A stretch of 64,000 nt of DNA, taken from Escherichia coli. Its GTDB lineage: Bacteria > Pseudomonadota > Gammaproteobacteria > Enterobacterales > Enterobacteriaceae. The stretch lies in the NCBI RefSeq assembly GCF_011045215.1, contig NZ_CP049201.1; one strand, 5' to 3'. Positions 29,008-40,484 of this stretch are shown here, piece by piece (within the stretch, counting starts at the first letter, position 1; each line of letters starts with the position of its first letter). A program made the translations under genes and the position numbers. The notes beneath the pieces were generated by a model. The model saw nothing but the letters and a program-made list of their open reading frames with translations. It had not been told where the DNA came from and made no database searches.

Positions 29008-29044
29008 GCCGGATGACCTTCGTGTCATCCGGCATTTTTCTTTT
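29008..29044 (+). terminator. rho-independent terminator of htpG
   Basis: Hairpin gccggatgaccttcgtgtcatccggc followed by a T-rich run. Confidence 0.8.
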
Positions 29045-29109
29045 CATTATCTGCACTTTCCGCAAATTATCTCGCCATTAACCGTTTCAGCCCCTGGTGC
29101 CTTTCTTGA

Positions 29110-29826
<717 letters not shown>

Positions 29827-29957
29827 TCAAGCCGCAGCAGATCTGCTTTCGGGCAGGTCTGCTCATCCTCCTCAGGCAATACCTCTTACAGCAATTAGTT
29901 CTTCTTCCTCACTTTTCCGCTACAATTATCAACAAGTTGAATCGATAAGAGGCGGTA

Positions 29958-30920
29958 ATGCGTCAGACTAAAACCGGTATCCTGCTGGCAAACCTGGGTA
30001 CACCCGATGCCCCCACACCTGAAGCGGTAAAACGCTATCTGAAACAATTTTTAAGCGACAGACGCGTGGTTGATACCTCACGGTTGTTATGGTGGCCGTT
30101 GCTGCGTGGCGTGATTTTGCCGCTGCGCTCGCCGCGTGTGGCGAAGCTGTATGCCTCTGTCTGGATGGAAGGTGGCTCGCCGCTGATGGTTTACAGCCGC
30201 CAGCAACAGCAGGCGCTGGCACAACGTTTACCGGAGACGCCCGTAGCGCTGGGAATGAGCTACGGCTCGCCATCACTGGAAAGCGCCGTAGATGAACTCC
30301 TGGCAGAGCATGTAGATCATATTGTGGTGCTGCCGCTTTATCCGCAATTCTCCTGTTCTACGGTCGGTGCGGTATGGGATGAACTGGCACGCATTCTGGC
30401 GCGCAAACGTAGCATTCCGGGGATATCGTTTATACGTGATTACGCCGATAACCACGATTACATTAATGCACTGGCGAACAGCGTACGCGCTTCTTTTGCC
30501 AAACATGGCGAACCGGATCTGCTGCTGCTCTCTTATCATGGCATTCCCCAGCGTTATGCAGATGAAGGCGATGATTACCCGCAACGTTGCCGCACAACGA
30601 CTCGTGAACTGGCTTCCGCATTGGGGATGGCACCGGAAAAAGTGATGATGACCTTTCAGTCGCGCTTTGGTCGGGAACCCTGGCTGATGCCTTATACCGA
30701 CGAAACGCTGAAAATGCTCGGAGAAAAAGGCGTAGGTCATATTCAGGTGATGTGCCCGGGCTTTGCTGCGGATTGTCTGGAGACGCTGGAAGAGATTGCC
30801 GAGCAAAACCGTGAGGTCTTCCTCGGTGCCGGCGGGAAAAAATATGAATATATTCCGGCGCTTAATGCCACGCCGGAACATATCGAAATGATGGCTAATC
30901 TTGTTGCCGCGTATCGCTAA
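29958..30920 (+). CDS. hemH: ferrochelatase
   Basis: 320-aa [31 protein letters not shown]... Confidence 0.95.
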
Positions 30921-31876
30921 AGCTGAGCGGTAAAGAACTGAGCGCCGTCGCGAAGAGCCTCGTCGGCGGTTTTCATCATCCGTGAATAATGCAAAAAGGC
31001 GTGCAGCGTGCCTGGGTAGAGTTTGAACTCACAGGGCTGCTGATGCGCCGCTAACGTCTGGTAAAGCAGACGGCTGTCATCCAGCAGCGGATCGAACTCC
31101 GCCCCGGCAATAAAACAGGGCGGAACTTCGCGAGTGAGATCATTATTAAACAGACAGTAATACGGCGACTCGCGGTCCGCGTCGTTGCTTAAATACGCCT
31201 CTTCATACATCTGCAAATCCTGTTGCGTTAAGCCATCCCAGACACCGCCCAACAGACGACGAGTCACGGAATCCCGTAATCCGTAAAGCCCATACCACAG
31301 CAAAACACCCGCAATTTTACCGCAATCGATCTGTTTATCACGCAACCACAACGCACTGGCGAGCGCCAGCATGGCACCTGCGGAATCACCGGCAAAGCCA
31401 ATGCGGGACATATTAATTTGATAATCCTCCGCCTGCTGGTGGAAATAACAACAAGCAGCCACAATTTCCTCTATCGCTTGCGGAAAACGCGCTTCAGGTG
31501 AAAGGGTGTAATCAATACCAATCACCGTACATTGGCTGTAGCTTGCCAGCAGGCGCATGATGCGATCGTGGGTATCGAGATTGCCGAGAATAAAACCGCC
31601 TCCATGCAAATAAAATAGCGTCGCTGGGCTATCTGGCTGCGGACAAAAGAGACGTGTTTCCACCTGCCCATATTTTGTTGGAACCATGTAAGCTCTGGTT
31701 GCCATTTCTGGAGCGCCCGCATTCCAGAATCGGCGCTCAAGCGTGTAATACTGTCGTTGCTCAGCAATCGTTCCCGTTGCGGGCCAGGGCGGTAAATCCG
31801 GCTGAAGAGTATTCACAACGGTCTTCATTTCAGCAGAAATAAGGTCCAGAACAGGTAATTTGTTTTCCGGCTTCAT
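30917..31876 (-). CDS. aes: acetyl esterase (alpha/beta hydrolase, HSL family)
   Basis: 319-aa ORF with HGGGF oxyanion motif and GDSAG nucleophile elbow; 3-prime end overlaps hemH by 4 nt (convergent). Confidence 0.93.
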
Positions 31877-32027
31877 ACAAAAACTCCTTTCAAATTACGT
31901 CATTGTAAGGAACCACTGCCATGAAAATGCGATCCCGCCTGCTGATATTGAAATTGGCTGCGTCTCGCGCGCTCCCGTCAGATTGTGTTAACATTCGCCG
32001 CTCAGTTAACCACCCGTAAAAACAACC

Positions 32028-33332
32028 ATGAAATTTCCCGGTAAACGTAAATCCAAACATTACTTCCCCGTAAATGCACGCGATCCGCTGCTTCAGCAAT
32101 TCCAGCCAGAAAACGAAACCAGCGCCGCCTGGGTAGTGGGTATCGATCAAACGCTGGTCGATATTGAAGCGAAAGTGGATGATGAATTCATTGAGCGTTA
32201 TGGATTAAGCGCCGGGCATTCACTGGTGATTGAGGATGATGTAGCCGAAGCGCTTTATCAGGAACTAAAACAGAAAAACCTGATTACCCATCAGTTTGCG
32301 GGTGGCACCATTGGTAACACCATGCATAACTACTCGGTGCTCGCGGACGACCGTTCGGTGCTGCTGGGCGTCATGTGCAGCAATATTGAAATTGGCAGCT
32401 ATGCCTATCGTTACCTGTGTAACACCTCCAGCCGTACCGATCTTAACTATCTACAAGGCGTGGATGGCCCGATTGGTCGTTGCTTTACGCTGATTGGCGA
32501 GTCCGGGGAACGTACCTTTGCTATCAGCCCTGGCCACATGAACCAGCTGCGGGCTGAAAGTATTCCGGAAGATGTGATTGCCGGAGCCTCGGCTCTGGTT
32601 CTCACCTCTTATCTGGTGCGTTGCAAGCCGGGTGAACCCATGCCGGAAGCAACCATGAAAGCCATTGAGTACGCGAAGAAATATAACGTACCGGTGGTGC
32701 TGACGCTGGGAACTAAGTTTGTCATTGCCGAGAATCCGCAGTGGTGGCAGCAATTCCTCAAAGACCACGTCTCTATCCTTGCGATGAACGAAGATGAAGC
32801 CGAAGCGTTGACCGGAGAAAGCGATCCGTTGTTGGCATCTGACAAGGCGCTGGACTGGGTAGATCTGGTGCTGTGCACCGCCGGGCCAATCGGCTTGTAT
32901 ATGGCGGGCTTTACCGAAGACGAAGCGAAACGTAAAACCCAGCATCCGTTGCTGCCGGGCGCTATAGCCGAATTCAACCAGTATGAGTTTAGCCGCGCCA
33001 TGCGCCACAAGGATTGCCAGAATCCGCTGCGTGTCTATTCGCACATTGCGCCGTACATGGGCGGGCCGGAAAAAATCATGAACACCAACGGAGCAGGGGA
33101 TGGCGCACTGGCAGCGTTGCTGCATGACATTACCGCCAACAGCTACCACCGTAGCAACGTACCAAACTCCAGCAAACATAAATTCACCTGGTTAACTTAT
33201 TCATCGTTAGCGCAGGTGTGTAAATATGCTAACCGTGTGAGCTATCAGGTACTGAACCAGCATTCACCTCGTTTAACGCGCGGCTTGCCGGAGCGTGAAG
33301 ACAGTCTGGAAGAGTCTTACTGGGATCGTTAA
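32028..33332 (+). CDS. gsk: inosine-guanosine kinase
   Basis: 434-aa ORF, PfkB/ribokinase-like carbohydrate kinase. Confidence 0.93.
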   Translation: MKFPGKRKSKHYFPVNARDPLLQQFQPENETSAAWVVGIDQTLVDIEAKVDDEFIERYGLSAGHSLVIEDDVAEALYQELKQKNLITHQFAGGTIGNTMHNYSVLADDRSVLLGVMCSNIEIGSYAYRYLCNTSSRTDLNYLQGVDGPIGRCFTLIGESGERTFAISPGHMNQLRAESIPEDVIAGASALVLTSYLVRCKPGEPMPEATMKAIEYAKKYNVPVVLTLGTKFVIAENPQWWQQFLKDHVSILAMNEDEAEALTGESDPLLASDKALDWVDLVLCTAGPIGLYMAGFTEDEAKRKTQHPLLPGAIAEFNQYEFSRAMRHKDCQNPLRVYSHIAPYMGGPEKIMNTNGAGDGALAALLHDITANSYHRSNVPNSSKHKFTWLTYSSLAQVCKYANRVSYQVLNQHSPRLTRGLPEREDSLEESYWDR

Positions 33333-33344
33333 GTTATCGTCGGT

Positions 33345-33435
33345 TCGTAGGCCAGATAAGGCGTTCACGCCGCATCTGGCATTTGGCATCTCGATGCCTG
33401 ATGCGACGCTGGCGCGTCTTATCATGCCTACATAT
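33345..33435. repeat. REP element pair downstream of gsk
   Basis: cgtaggccagataaggcgttcacgccgcatctggca ... gcctgatgcgacgctggcgcgtcttatcatgcctac, REP consensus in inverted orientation. Confidence 0.8.
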
Positions 33436-33465
33436 TTTTCATATTTTACATCCGGTAACCACCGT

Positions 33466-35142
33466 TTACTCCGTCACCACCTCACCCGCCGGTGGCGTTT
33501 CCAGCAGTTCCAGCATAGTACGGGCAATTTCACGCTCACCCATCACTACCTGATTCGCGCCACGTTCGGTGATATACGCCACTTCATCGTCATAATGGGC
33601 GCGGGCGATAATCTCAATATCCGGGTTTTTCGCGCGGGCAGACGCCACAATCTCGCCTGCTTCATAACCGTTGGGAATCGTCAGGATCAGCCATTTTGCA
33701 CATTCCAGATGCGCCAGTTGCATAATTTCTTCGTTCGCCGCATTGCCCAATACAGCGCGGACACCGCGCTCTCGCAGCTCATCAACACGGGTTCGTGACG
33801 TCTCAATCACCACCAGCGGAATATCAGAGGCGAGCAATTTCTCCCCCAGCAGGCTGCCTACACGACCGTAACCCACCAATAGCGCATGGTTGCAAATATC
33901 CACTGGGATCTGCTTCTCTTCTTCGATTGCCTCTTCCAGCGTCTGCTCTTCCAGCGTTTCGGTCTTCGCCAGATATTTCTCCAGCAGCGCAAACAGGACC
34001 GGGTTGAGCATAATCGACAAAATCGCACCTGCCAGTACCAGGTTCTGCCCGGCTTGCGGCAACAGATCCAGCGCCATGCCCAGTCCCGCCAGGATAAACG
34101 CGAACTCACCAATTTGCGCCAGGCTGGCGGCGATAGTTAATGCCGTACGTTGGGAGTGACCAAACAGTCGCACCAGGAAAAACGCGGCTAACGACTTACC
34201 AAACAGAATAATCGCCAGCGTCGCCAGCACTGCCAGCGGTTGCTGAATCAGAATTAACGGATCAAACAACATCCCGACGGAGACAAAAAACAGCACCGCA
34301 AACGCGTCGCGCAATGGCAGCGTATCGTGGGCGGCACGGTGACTCAGTTCAGACTCGTTCAGTACCATCCCGGCAAAGAACGCACCGAGTGCAAAGGAGA
34401 CATCAAACAGCTCCACCGCACCAAAGGCAATCCCTAACGCCAGTGCCAGCACCGACAGGGTAAACAGCTCGCGAGAACCGGTTGCCGCGCTGCGTGCCAT
34501 AATCCACGGCACCAGACGGCGACCTACCAGCATCATAATGGCGATAAACGCGATCACTTTGCCGATGGTGATCCCCATATCGACTGCAAGAGTGGCAAAG
34601 CCCACATCGCCCTGTTCCATCATTCCTGCCACTGCGGGCAGCAACACCAGCGTCAGAACCATTACCAGGTCTTCCACAATCAACCAACCGATGGCGATTT
34701 GCCCACGCTGACTGTCAATTAATTGCCGTTCTTCAAGTGCGCGCAGTAACACCACGGTACTGGCGGTGGAAAGACATAAACCGAACACGATACCGGTCAT
34801 TAACGACCAGCCCAGCACGGCAGAGAGCGCCATACCCAGCAGCGTCGCCACGGCTATCTGGGCGATCGCACCGGGAATGGCGATGGCCTTTACCGCCATC
34901 AAATCCTTCAGCGAAAAGTGCAGACCCACGCCAAACATCAACAGAATGACGCCCAGTTCAGCCAGTTCCGGCGCAAGCTTGGTATCGGCAACAAAGCCCG
35001 GAGTGAATGGTCCTGCCAGCACACCCGCTAACAGATATCCCACCAGAGGAGAAATACGTAGTTTATTGGCCAGCATGCCGAGGATAAAGGCGAGCACAAG
35101 GCCGCCAACAATGGTGGTGATAAGCGGGGTGGCGTGATGCAT
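33466..35142 (-). CDS. ybaL: CPA2-family cation:proton antiporter with C-terminal TrkA-N (RCK) domain, YbaL
   Basis: 558-aa ORF: N-terminal polytopic membrane domain, C-terminal Rossmann-like motif GYGRVG. Confidence 0.9.
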   Translation of the reverse strand: MHHATPLITTIVGGLVLAFILGMLANKLRISPLVGYLLAGVLAGPFTPGFVADTKLAPELAELGVILLMFGVGLHFSLKDLMAVKAIAIPGAIAQIAVATLLGMALSAVLGWSLMTGIVFGLCLSTASTVVLLRALEERQLIDSQRGQIAIGWLIVEDLVMVLTLVLLPAVAGMMEQGDVGFATLAVDMGITIGKVIAFIAIMMLVGRRLVPWIMARSAATGSRELFTLSVLALALGIAFGAVELFDVSFALGAFFAGMVLNESELSHRAAHDTLPLRDAFAVLFFVSVGMLFDPLILIQQPLAVLATLAIILFGKSLAAFFLVRLFGHSQRTALTIAASLAQIGEFAFILAGLGMALDLLPQAGQNLVLAGAILSIMLNPVLFALLEKYLAKTETLEEQTLEEAIEEEKQIPVDICNHALLVGYGRVGSLLGEKLLASDIPLVVIETSRTRVDELRERGVRAVLGNAANEEIMQLAHLECAKWLILTIPNGYEAGEIVASARAKNPDIEIIARAHYDDEVAYITERGANQVVMGEREIARTMLELLETPPAGEVVTE

Positions 35143-35379
35143 TCCGTCTCCTTTTCCTGGTGGTTATTGTCCATTTTTGGCCGGGAAAACCAAAATTACA
35201 GGTAATAGTTTATGACAATTTCATTGATGATGTTCATGAATAATTATTGAATTTTGCAGAAAAATGGAATTAGCTGCAAAAAAAGCACGGATCGGAAAAC
35301 AGAAGGCGGTTTAACAGAGGAAAGGCTTATGGCGACTGTAAAACGATGCAGCCAAAGTTTGCCTTTGGCTGCAATGAAA

Positions 35380-36600
35380 TCAGTCTTTATGCCGGTTATC
35401 AGGCAGGAATATGGTCAACATCCCCAATAGTGGCAGGAAAGCACATATTTTATAGACTAACTCGATGCTGGTGTGATCGGCGATAAGCCCCAGAACTGCC
35501 GCTCCCAGACCTCCCATGCCAAAAGCAAAACCGAAAAAGAGTCCAGAAACCATACCGATACGTCCTGGAAGCAGCTCCTGAGCGTAGACCAGAATGGCAG
35601 AGAATGCCGAAGCGAGGATAAATCCAATAATCACCGTTAAAACCCCCGTCCAGTGCAGGCTGGCGTAGGGTAAAATCAGCGTAAACGGCGCAACGCCGAG
35701 GATAGAGCCCCAAATCACATATTTCCGCCCAATTTTATCCCCTACAGGCCCGCCGATCACCGTACCTGCCGCAACGGCAAACAGGAAGGCAAACAGATGA
35801 AGCTGAGCATTCTGGATAGATAATCCGAATTTTTGCATCAGATAAAAGGTGTAATAGCTGCTGATGCTCGCCATATAGAAATATTTCGAGAAAATGAGGA
35901 TTAACAGAATGCTGACCGCCAGTACCACTTTGTTGCGCGGCAGTGGATTGATAATCGTCGCTTTGGGTTTTCCTTTATTCATTCGGTGCTGTGCCGAGTA
36001 CCAACGGCTGATTTGCGCCAACACCACGATCGCCAGCAGTGCCGCAAGCACAAACCAGGCAACGTTGCCTTTGCCATAAGGCGCGATAATCACCGCCGCC
36101 AGCAAGGGGCCCAGGGAACTGCCAAAGTTGCCGCCGACCTGAAAGATAGATTGTGCCAGGCCATGCCGCCCGCCGGAAGCCATACGGGCCACGCGAGAAG
36201 ATTCCGGATGAAAGACCGATGAACCGGTACCGACCAGCGCCGCCGCCAGCAGAACTGCGCCAAAACTGCCCGCCAGCGCAAGCAGCACCAGACCACTTAA
36301 GGTAAAGCACATGCCAATTGGCAACGACCACGGCATGGGATATTTATCGGTCCAGTAGCCGACCACTGGTTGCAGTAGCGAAGAGGCGAGCTGGAAGGTG
36401 AGGGTTATCATGCCAATCTGCATAAATGTCAGAGAAAATTCTGACTGAAGCAGAGGATAAATCGCCAGAATCAGCGATTGGATCATGTCGTTCAGCAGAT
36501 GTGAGAGGCTGATAGCACCTAAAATACCAAACGATGTTCGGGCCTTGGTCGTTGACGCAGCCGCGCCCGCCACAGGCTGGGTTTGTTCACTCATTGCCAT
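35380..36600 (-). CDS. fsr: MFS transporter, fosmidomycin resistance protein Fsr
   Basis: 406-aa 12-TM MFS-like ORF between ybaL and ushA. Confidence 0.88.
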   Translation of the reverse strand: MAMSEQTQPVAGAAASTTKARTSFGILGAISLSHLLNDMIQSLILAIYPLLQSEFSLTFMQIGMITLTFQLASSLLQPVVGYWTDKYPMPWSLPIGMCFTLSGLVLLALAGSFGAVLLAAALVGTGSSVFHPESSRVARMASGGRHGLAQSIFQVGGNFGSSLGPLLAAVIIAPYGKGNVAWFVLAALLAIVVLAQISRWYSAQHRMNKGKPKATIINPLPRNKVVLAVSILLILIFSKYFYMASISSYYTFYLMQKFGLSIQNAQLHLFAFLFAVAAGTVIGGPVGDKIGRKYVIWGSILGVAPFTLILPYASLHWTGVLTVIIGFILASAFSAILVYAQELLPGRIGMVSGLFFGFAFGMGGLGAAVLGLIADHTSIELVYKICAFLPLLGMLTIFLPDNRHKD

Positions 36601-36817
36601 AGGAAAGTCACTTTTTCAGGGTTGCGATGTAAAGAATGATCTTATTTGTGATTATTACCCGACTAACATACCTGTATGCGCCGCCTGAAGGAAGTCTCAA
36701 CGCTGAATACAGAATTTCTAATCTGGATGCAGATTTATCTTCACCGGACGCAGACTTGTCTATGATGTCGCGTCATACTATTTTTCAACACGTTGAAATC
36801 AGGTCAGGGAGAGAAGT

Positions 36818-38470
36818 ATGAAATTATTGCAGCGGGGCGTGGCGTTAGCACTGTTAACCACATTTACACTGGCGAGTGAAGCTGCTCTGGCGTATGAGCA
36901 GGATAAAACCTACAAAATTACAGTTCTGCATACCAATGATCATCATGGGCATTTTTGGCGCAATGAATATGGCGAATATGGTCTGGCGGCGCAAAAAACG
37001 CTGGTGGATGGTATCCGCAAAGAGGTTGCGGCTGAAGGCGGTAGCGTGCTGCTACTTTCCGGTGGCGACATTAACACTGGCGTGCCCGAGTCTGACTTAC
37101 AGGATGCCGAACCTGATTTTCGCGGTATGAATCTGGTGGGCTATGACGCGATGGCGATCGGTAATCATGAATTTGATAACCCGCTCACCGTATTACGCCA
37201 GCAGGAAAAGTGGGCAAAGTTCCCGTTACTTTCTGCCAATATCTACCAGAAAAGTACCGGCGAGCGCCTGTTTAAACCATGGGCGCTGTTTAAGCGTCAG
37301 GATCTGAAAATTGCCGTTATTGGTCTGACGACGGATGACACAGCGAAGTTAGGCAATCCAGAAAACTTCACCGATATTGAGTTCCGTAAGCCCGCCGATG
37401 AAGCGAAGCTGGTGATTCAGGAGCTGCAACAGACAGAAAAGCCAGACATTATTATCGCGGCGACCCATATGGGGCATTACGACAATGGTGAGCACGGCTC
37501 TAACGCACCGGGCGATGTGGAGATGGCTCGCGCGCTGCCTGCCGGATCGCTGGCGATGATCGTCGGTGGTCACTCGCAAGATCCGGTCTGCATGGCGGCA
37601 GAAAACAAAAAACAGGTCGATTACGTGCCGGGTACGCCATGCAAACCGGATCAACAAAACGGCATCTGGATTGTGCAGGCGCATGAGTGGGGCAAATACG
37701 TGGGACGGGCTGATTTTGAGTTTCGTAATGGCGAAATGAAAATGGTTAACTACCAGCTGATTCCGGTGAACCTGAAGAAGAAAGTGACCTGGGAAGACGG
37801 GAAAAGCGAGCGCGTGCTGTACACCCCTGAAATCGCTGAAAACCAGCAAATGATCTCGCTGTTATCGCCGTTCCAGAACAAAGGCAAAGCGCAGCTGGAA
37901 GTGAAAATAGGCGAAACCAATGGTCGTCTGGAAGGCGATCGTGACAAAGTGCGTTTTGTACAGACCAATATGGGGCGGTTAATTCTGGCAGCACAAATGG
38001 ATCGCACTGGTGCCGACTTTGCGGTGATGAGCGGAGGCGGAATTCGTGATTCTATCGAAGCAGGCGATATCAGCTATAAAAACGTGCTGAAAGTGCAGCC
38101 ATTCGGCAATGTGGTGGTGTATGCCGACATGACCGGTAAAGAGGTGATTGATTACCTGACCGCCGTCGCGCAGATGAAGCCAGATTCAGGTGCCTACCCG
38201 CAATTTGCCAACGTTAGCTTTGTGGCGAAAGACGGCAAACTGAACGACCTTAAAATCAAAGGCGAACCGGTCGATCCAGCGAAAACTTACCGTATGGCGA
38301 CATTAAACTTCAATGCCACCGGCGGTGATGGATATCCGCGCCTTGATAACAAACCGGGCTATGTGAATACCGGCTTTATTGATGCCGAAGTGCTGAAAGC
38401 GTATATCCAGAAAAGCTCGCCGCTGGATGTGAGTGTTTATGAACCGAAAGGTGAGGTGAGCTGGCAGTAA
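36818..38470 (+). CDS. ushA: periplasmic UDP-sugar hydrolase / 5-prime-nucleotidase
   Basis: 550-aa ORF with signal peptide and metallophosphoesterase motifs (HTNDHHGH, GNHEFD). Confidence 0.95.
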   Translation: MKLLQRGVALALLTTFTLASEAALAYEQDKTYKITVLHTNDHHGHFWRNEYGEYGLAAQKTLVDGIRKEVAAEGGSVLLLSGGDINTGVPESDLQDAEPDFRGMNLVGYDAMAIGNHEFDNPLTVLRQQEKWAKFPLLSANIYQKSTGERLFKPWALFKRQDLKIAVIGLTTDDTAKLGNPENFTDIEFRKPADEAKLVIQELQQTEKPDIIIAATHMGHYDNGEHGSNAPGDVEMARALPAGSLAMIVGGHSQDPVCMAAENKKQVDYVPGTPCKPDQQNGIWIVQAHEWGKYVGRADFEFRNGEMKMVNYQLIPVNLKKKVTWEDGKSERVLYTPEIAENQQMISLLSPFQNKGKAQLEVKIGETNGRLEGDRDKVRFVQTNMGRLILAAQMDRTGADFAVMSGGGIRDSIEAGDISYKNVLKVQPFGNVVVYADMTGKEVIDYLTAVAQMKPDSGAYPQFANVSFVAKDGKLNDLKIKGEPVDPAKTYRMATLNFNATGGDGYPRLDNKPGYVNTGFIDAEVLKAYIQKSSPLDVSVYEPKGEVSWQ

Positions 38471-38477
38471 TCCGAAA

Positions 38478-38501
38478 GTGCCGGATGTTCGCATCCGGCA
38501 C
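38478..38501. terminator. inverted repeat / probable bidirectional terminator between ushA and ybaK
   Basis: Perfect hairpin gtgccggatgttcgcatccggcac between convergent genes. Confidence 0.6.
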
Positions 38502-38506
38502 AATGC

Positions 38507-38986
38507 TTAATCGCGGCGGGCGATATCAGCAAATTTGGCATCGAGGATCTTCGCCAGGTCGCCTGCCGCCAGTTCGATATCCAGTCCGCGCTTGCCGCCG
38601 GAAACATAAATAGTGGCAAATTCTTGTGCAGGGGCGTCGATAATTGTTGGCAGACGTTTTTTCTGCCCCAGTGGGCTAATCCCCCCTACCAGATACCCCG
38701 TCGAACGCTGCGCGGCCATCGGATCAGCCATCTCAACTTTCTTGGCACCCAGCGCTTTTGCTACTTTTTTAAGATCCAGTTGACCTGCGACCGGCGTAAC
38801 GGCCACGGCAAGGTGTTTCATATCACCGTTCACTGCCACCAGCAGCGTTTTGTAGACCTGATCCGGATTCAAACCTAATTTTTTGACGACTTCATCGCCA
38901 AAATTGGTTTCAGCCGGATCGTGCTCGTAGGTATGGATTTGAAACGAAATCTTGTTTTTTTCGAGTAATTTAACTGCGGGTGTCAT
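38507..38986 (-). CDS. ybaK: Cys-tRNA(Pro)/Cys-tRNA(Cys) deacylase YbaK
   Basis: 159-aa ORF, YbaK/ProX editing-domain family. Confidence 0.92.
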   Translation of the reverse strand: MTPAVKLLEKNKISFQIHTYEHDPAETNFGDEVVKKLGLNPDQVYKTLLVAVNGDMKHLAVAVTPVAGQLDLKKVAKALGAKKVEMADPMAAQRSTGYLVGGISPLGQKKRLPTIIDAPAQEFATIYVSGGKRGLDIELAAGDLAKILDAKFADIARRD

Positions 38987-39107
38987 GGTAATTTTCCTGC
39001 CTTAAACAAAAAAACGAAGCAAGCATACGCCTGATGGCGATCCAAAAAAAAGAGTCATCTTGCCTAAGAGTATTGGCAGGATGGTGAGATTGAGCGACAA
39101 TCGAGTT

Positions 39108-39191
39108 ACACCGTCGCTTAAAGTGACGGCATAATAATAAAAAAATGAAATTCCTCTTTGACGGGCCAATAGCGATATTGGCCATTTTTTT
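39108..39191 (+). ncRNA. chiX: small regulatory RNA ChiX (MicM/SroB)
   Basis: Sequence ACACCGTCGCTTAAAGTGACGGCATAATAATAAAAAAATGAAATTCCTCTTTGACGGGCCAATAGCGATATTGGCCATTTTTTT: 5-prime hairpin, A-rich seed region, terminator hairpin plus U-run; located in the ybaK-ybaP intergenic region where ChiX is encoded. Confidence 0.85.
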
Positions 39192-39984
39192 AGCGCAACA
39201 TTTGCGGCAAATTCCCTTCTCCATACAGGTGTAGTGCACCGACCGCGACCACATATCGCCCCGGCGGCATGGCGCGTAATTTATCCCGCCAGGCGAGATT
39301 TCGCTGATGCATCAGCACATCGTACAGCGACTGACTGAACGTATTGGGCAGCGTTATTTCATTATTTTGCGGCGGCGCATTCAGCCACCAGCTCATCATT
39401 TGTTGCAGCAACCGTGCGTTGGTATGCCAGTGGGTCAGCGTATCGTCCAGCAGCGCCAGTCCTTTGTCAGGGAGCTGGAGCAACATGGCAATCTGGTTTT
39501 CAGCCCCTTCCAGTTCAATCACGGGTTTATGTTGTTGCTTCGCCGCCTGCAATAGCTGGTAATCGATACCGTATTCTGCCCGCAGCCCCAGTTTTTGCGC
39601 CTGCGTCGCCTGAAGAACCATCGCGATTTGCCACAGCGGTTGGGTAGAAAAGAGCGAGGGAGAAATGCCCATCTCCTGGCTAATGTGCTGCAGGTTTTGG
39701 AGTTGCTCCTCGCTAATGCGCTCTTCCAGCGCCTCACAGGCAGGCAAATTAGCAAAAGGCGTATCGCTGGTGGAAACATCCGCCTCGACGATCAGCGCAT
39801 CGGCGTTTTTGAGCTTTTTGAGCAAACGGGTGGGCAGGGGAGCCATATCGTGGCTACCCATATGAATACTGCCAATCAGATGAAAATGGCGATTGCCGGG
39901 AAGGGTGATATCGATGGCAGGCCAGGTGTAATGATTACCGCGCAGCGCGGCCCAAAGCGTTTTTACCCGGTACAACAGATCCAT
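39190..39984 (-). CDS. ybaP: TraB-family protein YbaP
   Basis: 264-aa ORF. Confidence 0.85.
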   Translation of the reverse strand: MDLLYRVKTLWAALRGNHYTWPAIDITLPGNRHFHLIGSIHMGSHDMAPLPTRLLKKLKNADALIVEADVSTSDTPFANLPACEALEERISEEQLQNLQHISQEMGISPSLFSTQPLWQIAMVLQATQAQKLGLRAEYGIDYQLLQAAKQQHKPVIELEGAENQIAMLLQLPDKGLALLDDTLTHWHTNARLLQQMMSWWLNAPPQNNEITLPNTFSQSLYDVLMHQRNLAWRDKLRAMPPGRYVVAVGALHLYGEGNLPQMLR

Positions 39985-40121
39985 ACGACCTCCCTTTGTG
40001 AAATATCATGCTAGCGCGCGGGGAGGGATGGCGCAAATGGAGTTGGGGACTTGTTTAATGTGTTTGTATGATTCAGTATGTTCTTGTATCGCTATTCACA
40101 GGGAAGCAACAGTTAAAAAGT

Positions 40122-40463
40122 ATGAAACAGGCAACAAGAAAACCGACGACACCCGGAGATATTCTTCTCTATGAATATCTGGAACCGCTCGATTTGAAAA
40201 TCAATGAGTTAGCAGGGTTGCTGCATGTTCATCGTAATAGCGTCAGTACACTGATCAATAACAATCGTAAACTCACCACTGAGATGGCATTCCGTCTGGC
40301 GAAAGTTTTTGATACCACAGTCGATTTTTGGCTAAACCTCCAGGCGGCAGTTGATCTTTGGGAAGTTGAAAACAACATGCGCACCCAGGAAGAATTGGGA
40401 CGGATTGAAACAGTGGCTGAATATTTGGCACGCCGTGAAGAGCGTGCAAAAAAGGTCGCGTAA
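40122..40463 (+). CDS. ybaQ: HigA-like XRE-family HTH DNA-binding protein YbaQ
   Basis: 113-aa product from the internal Met (MKQATRKPTTPGDILLYEYLEPLDLKINELAGLLHVHRNSVSTLINNNRKLT...); track ORF 40068-40463 is an extension. Confidence 0.85.
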   Translation: MKQATRKPTTPGDILLYEYLEPLDLKINELAGLLHVHRNSVSTLINNNRKLTTEMAFRLAKVFDTTVDFWLNLQAAVDLWEVENNMRTQEELGRIETVAEYLARREERAKKVA

Positions 40464-40484
40464 GGCCAAAACATCGCTTCATCT

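Noticed and set aside
27436-29028. 530-aa minus-strand ORF antisense to htpG; similar long antisense ORFs at 14284-14985 and 15397-15819 (acrB), 16916-17563 (acrA), 32451-33179 (gsk), 41073-41720 (copA)
   Set aside because: Each lies entirely inside a well-supported gene on the opposite strand and has no recognisable protein features; typical antisense ORFs of GC-rich coding DNA.
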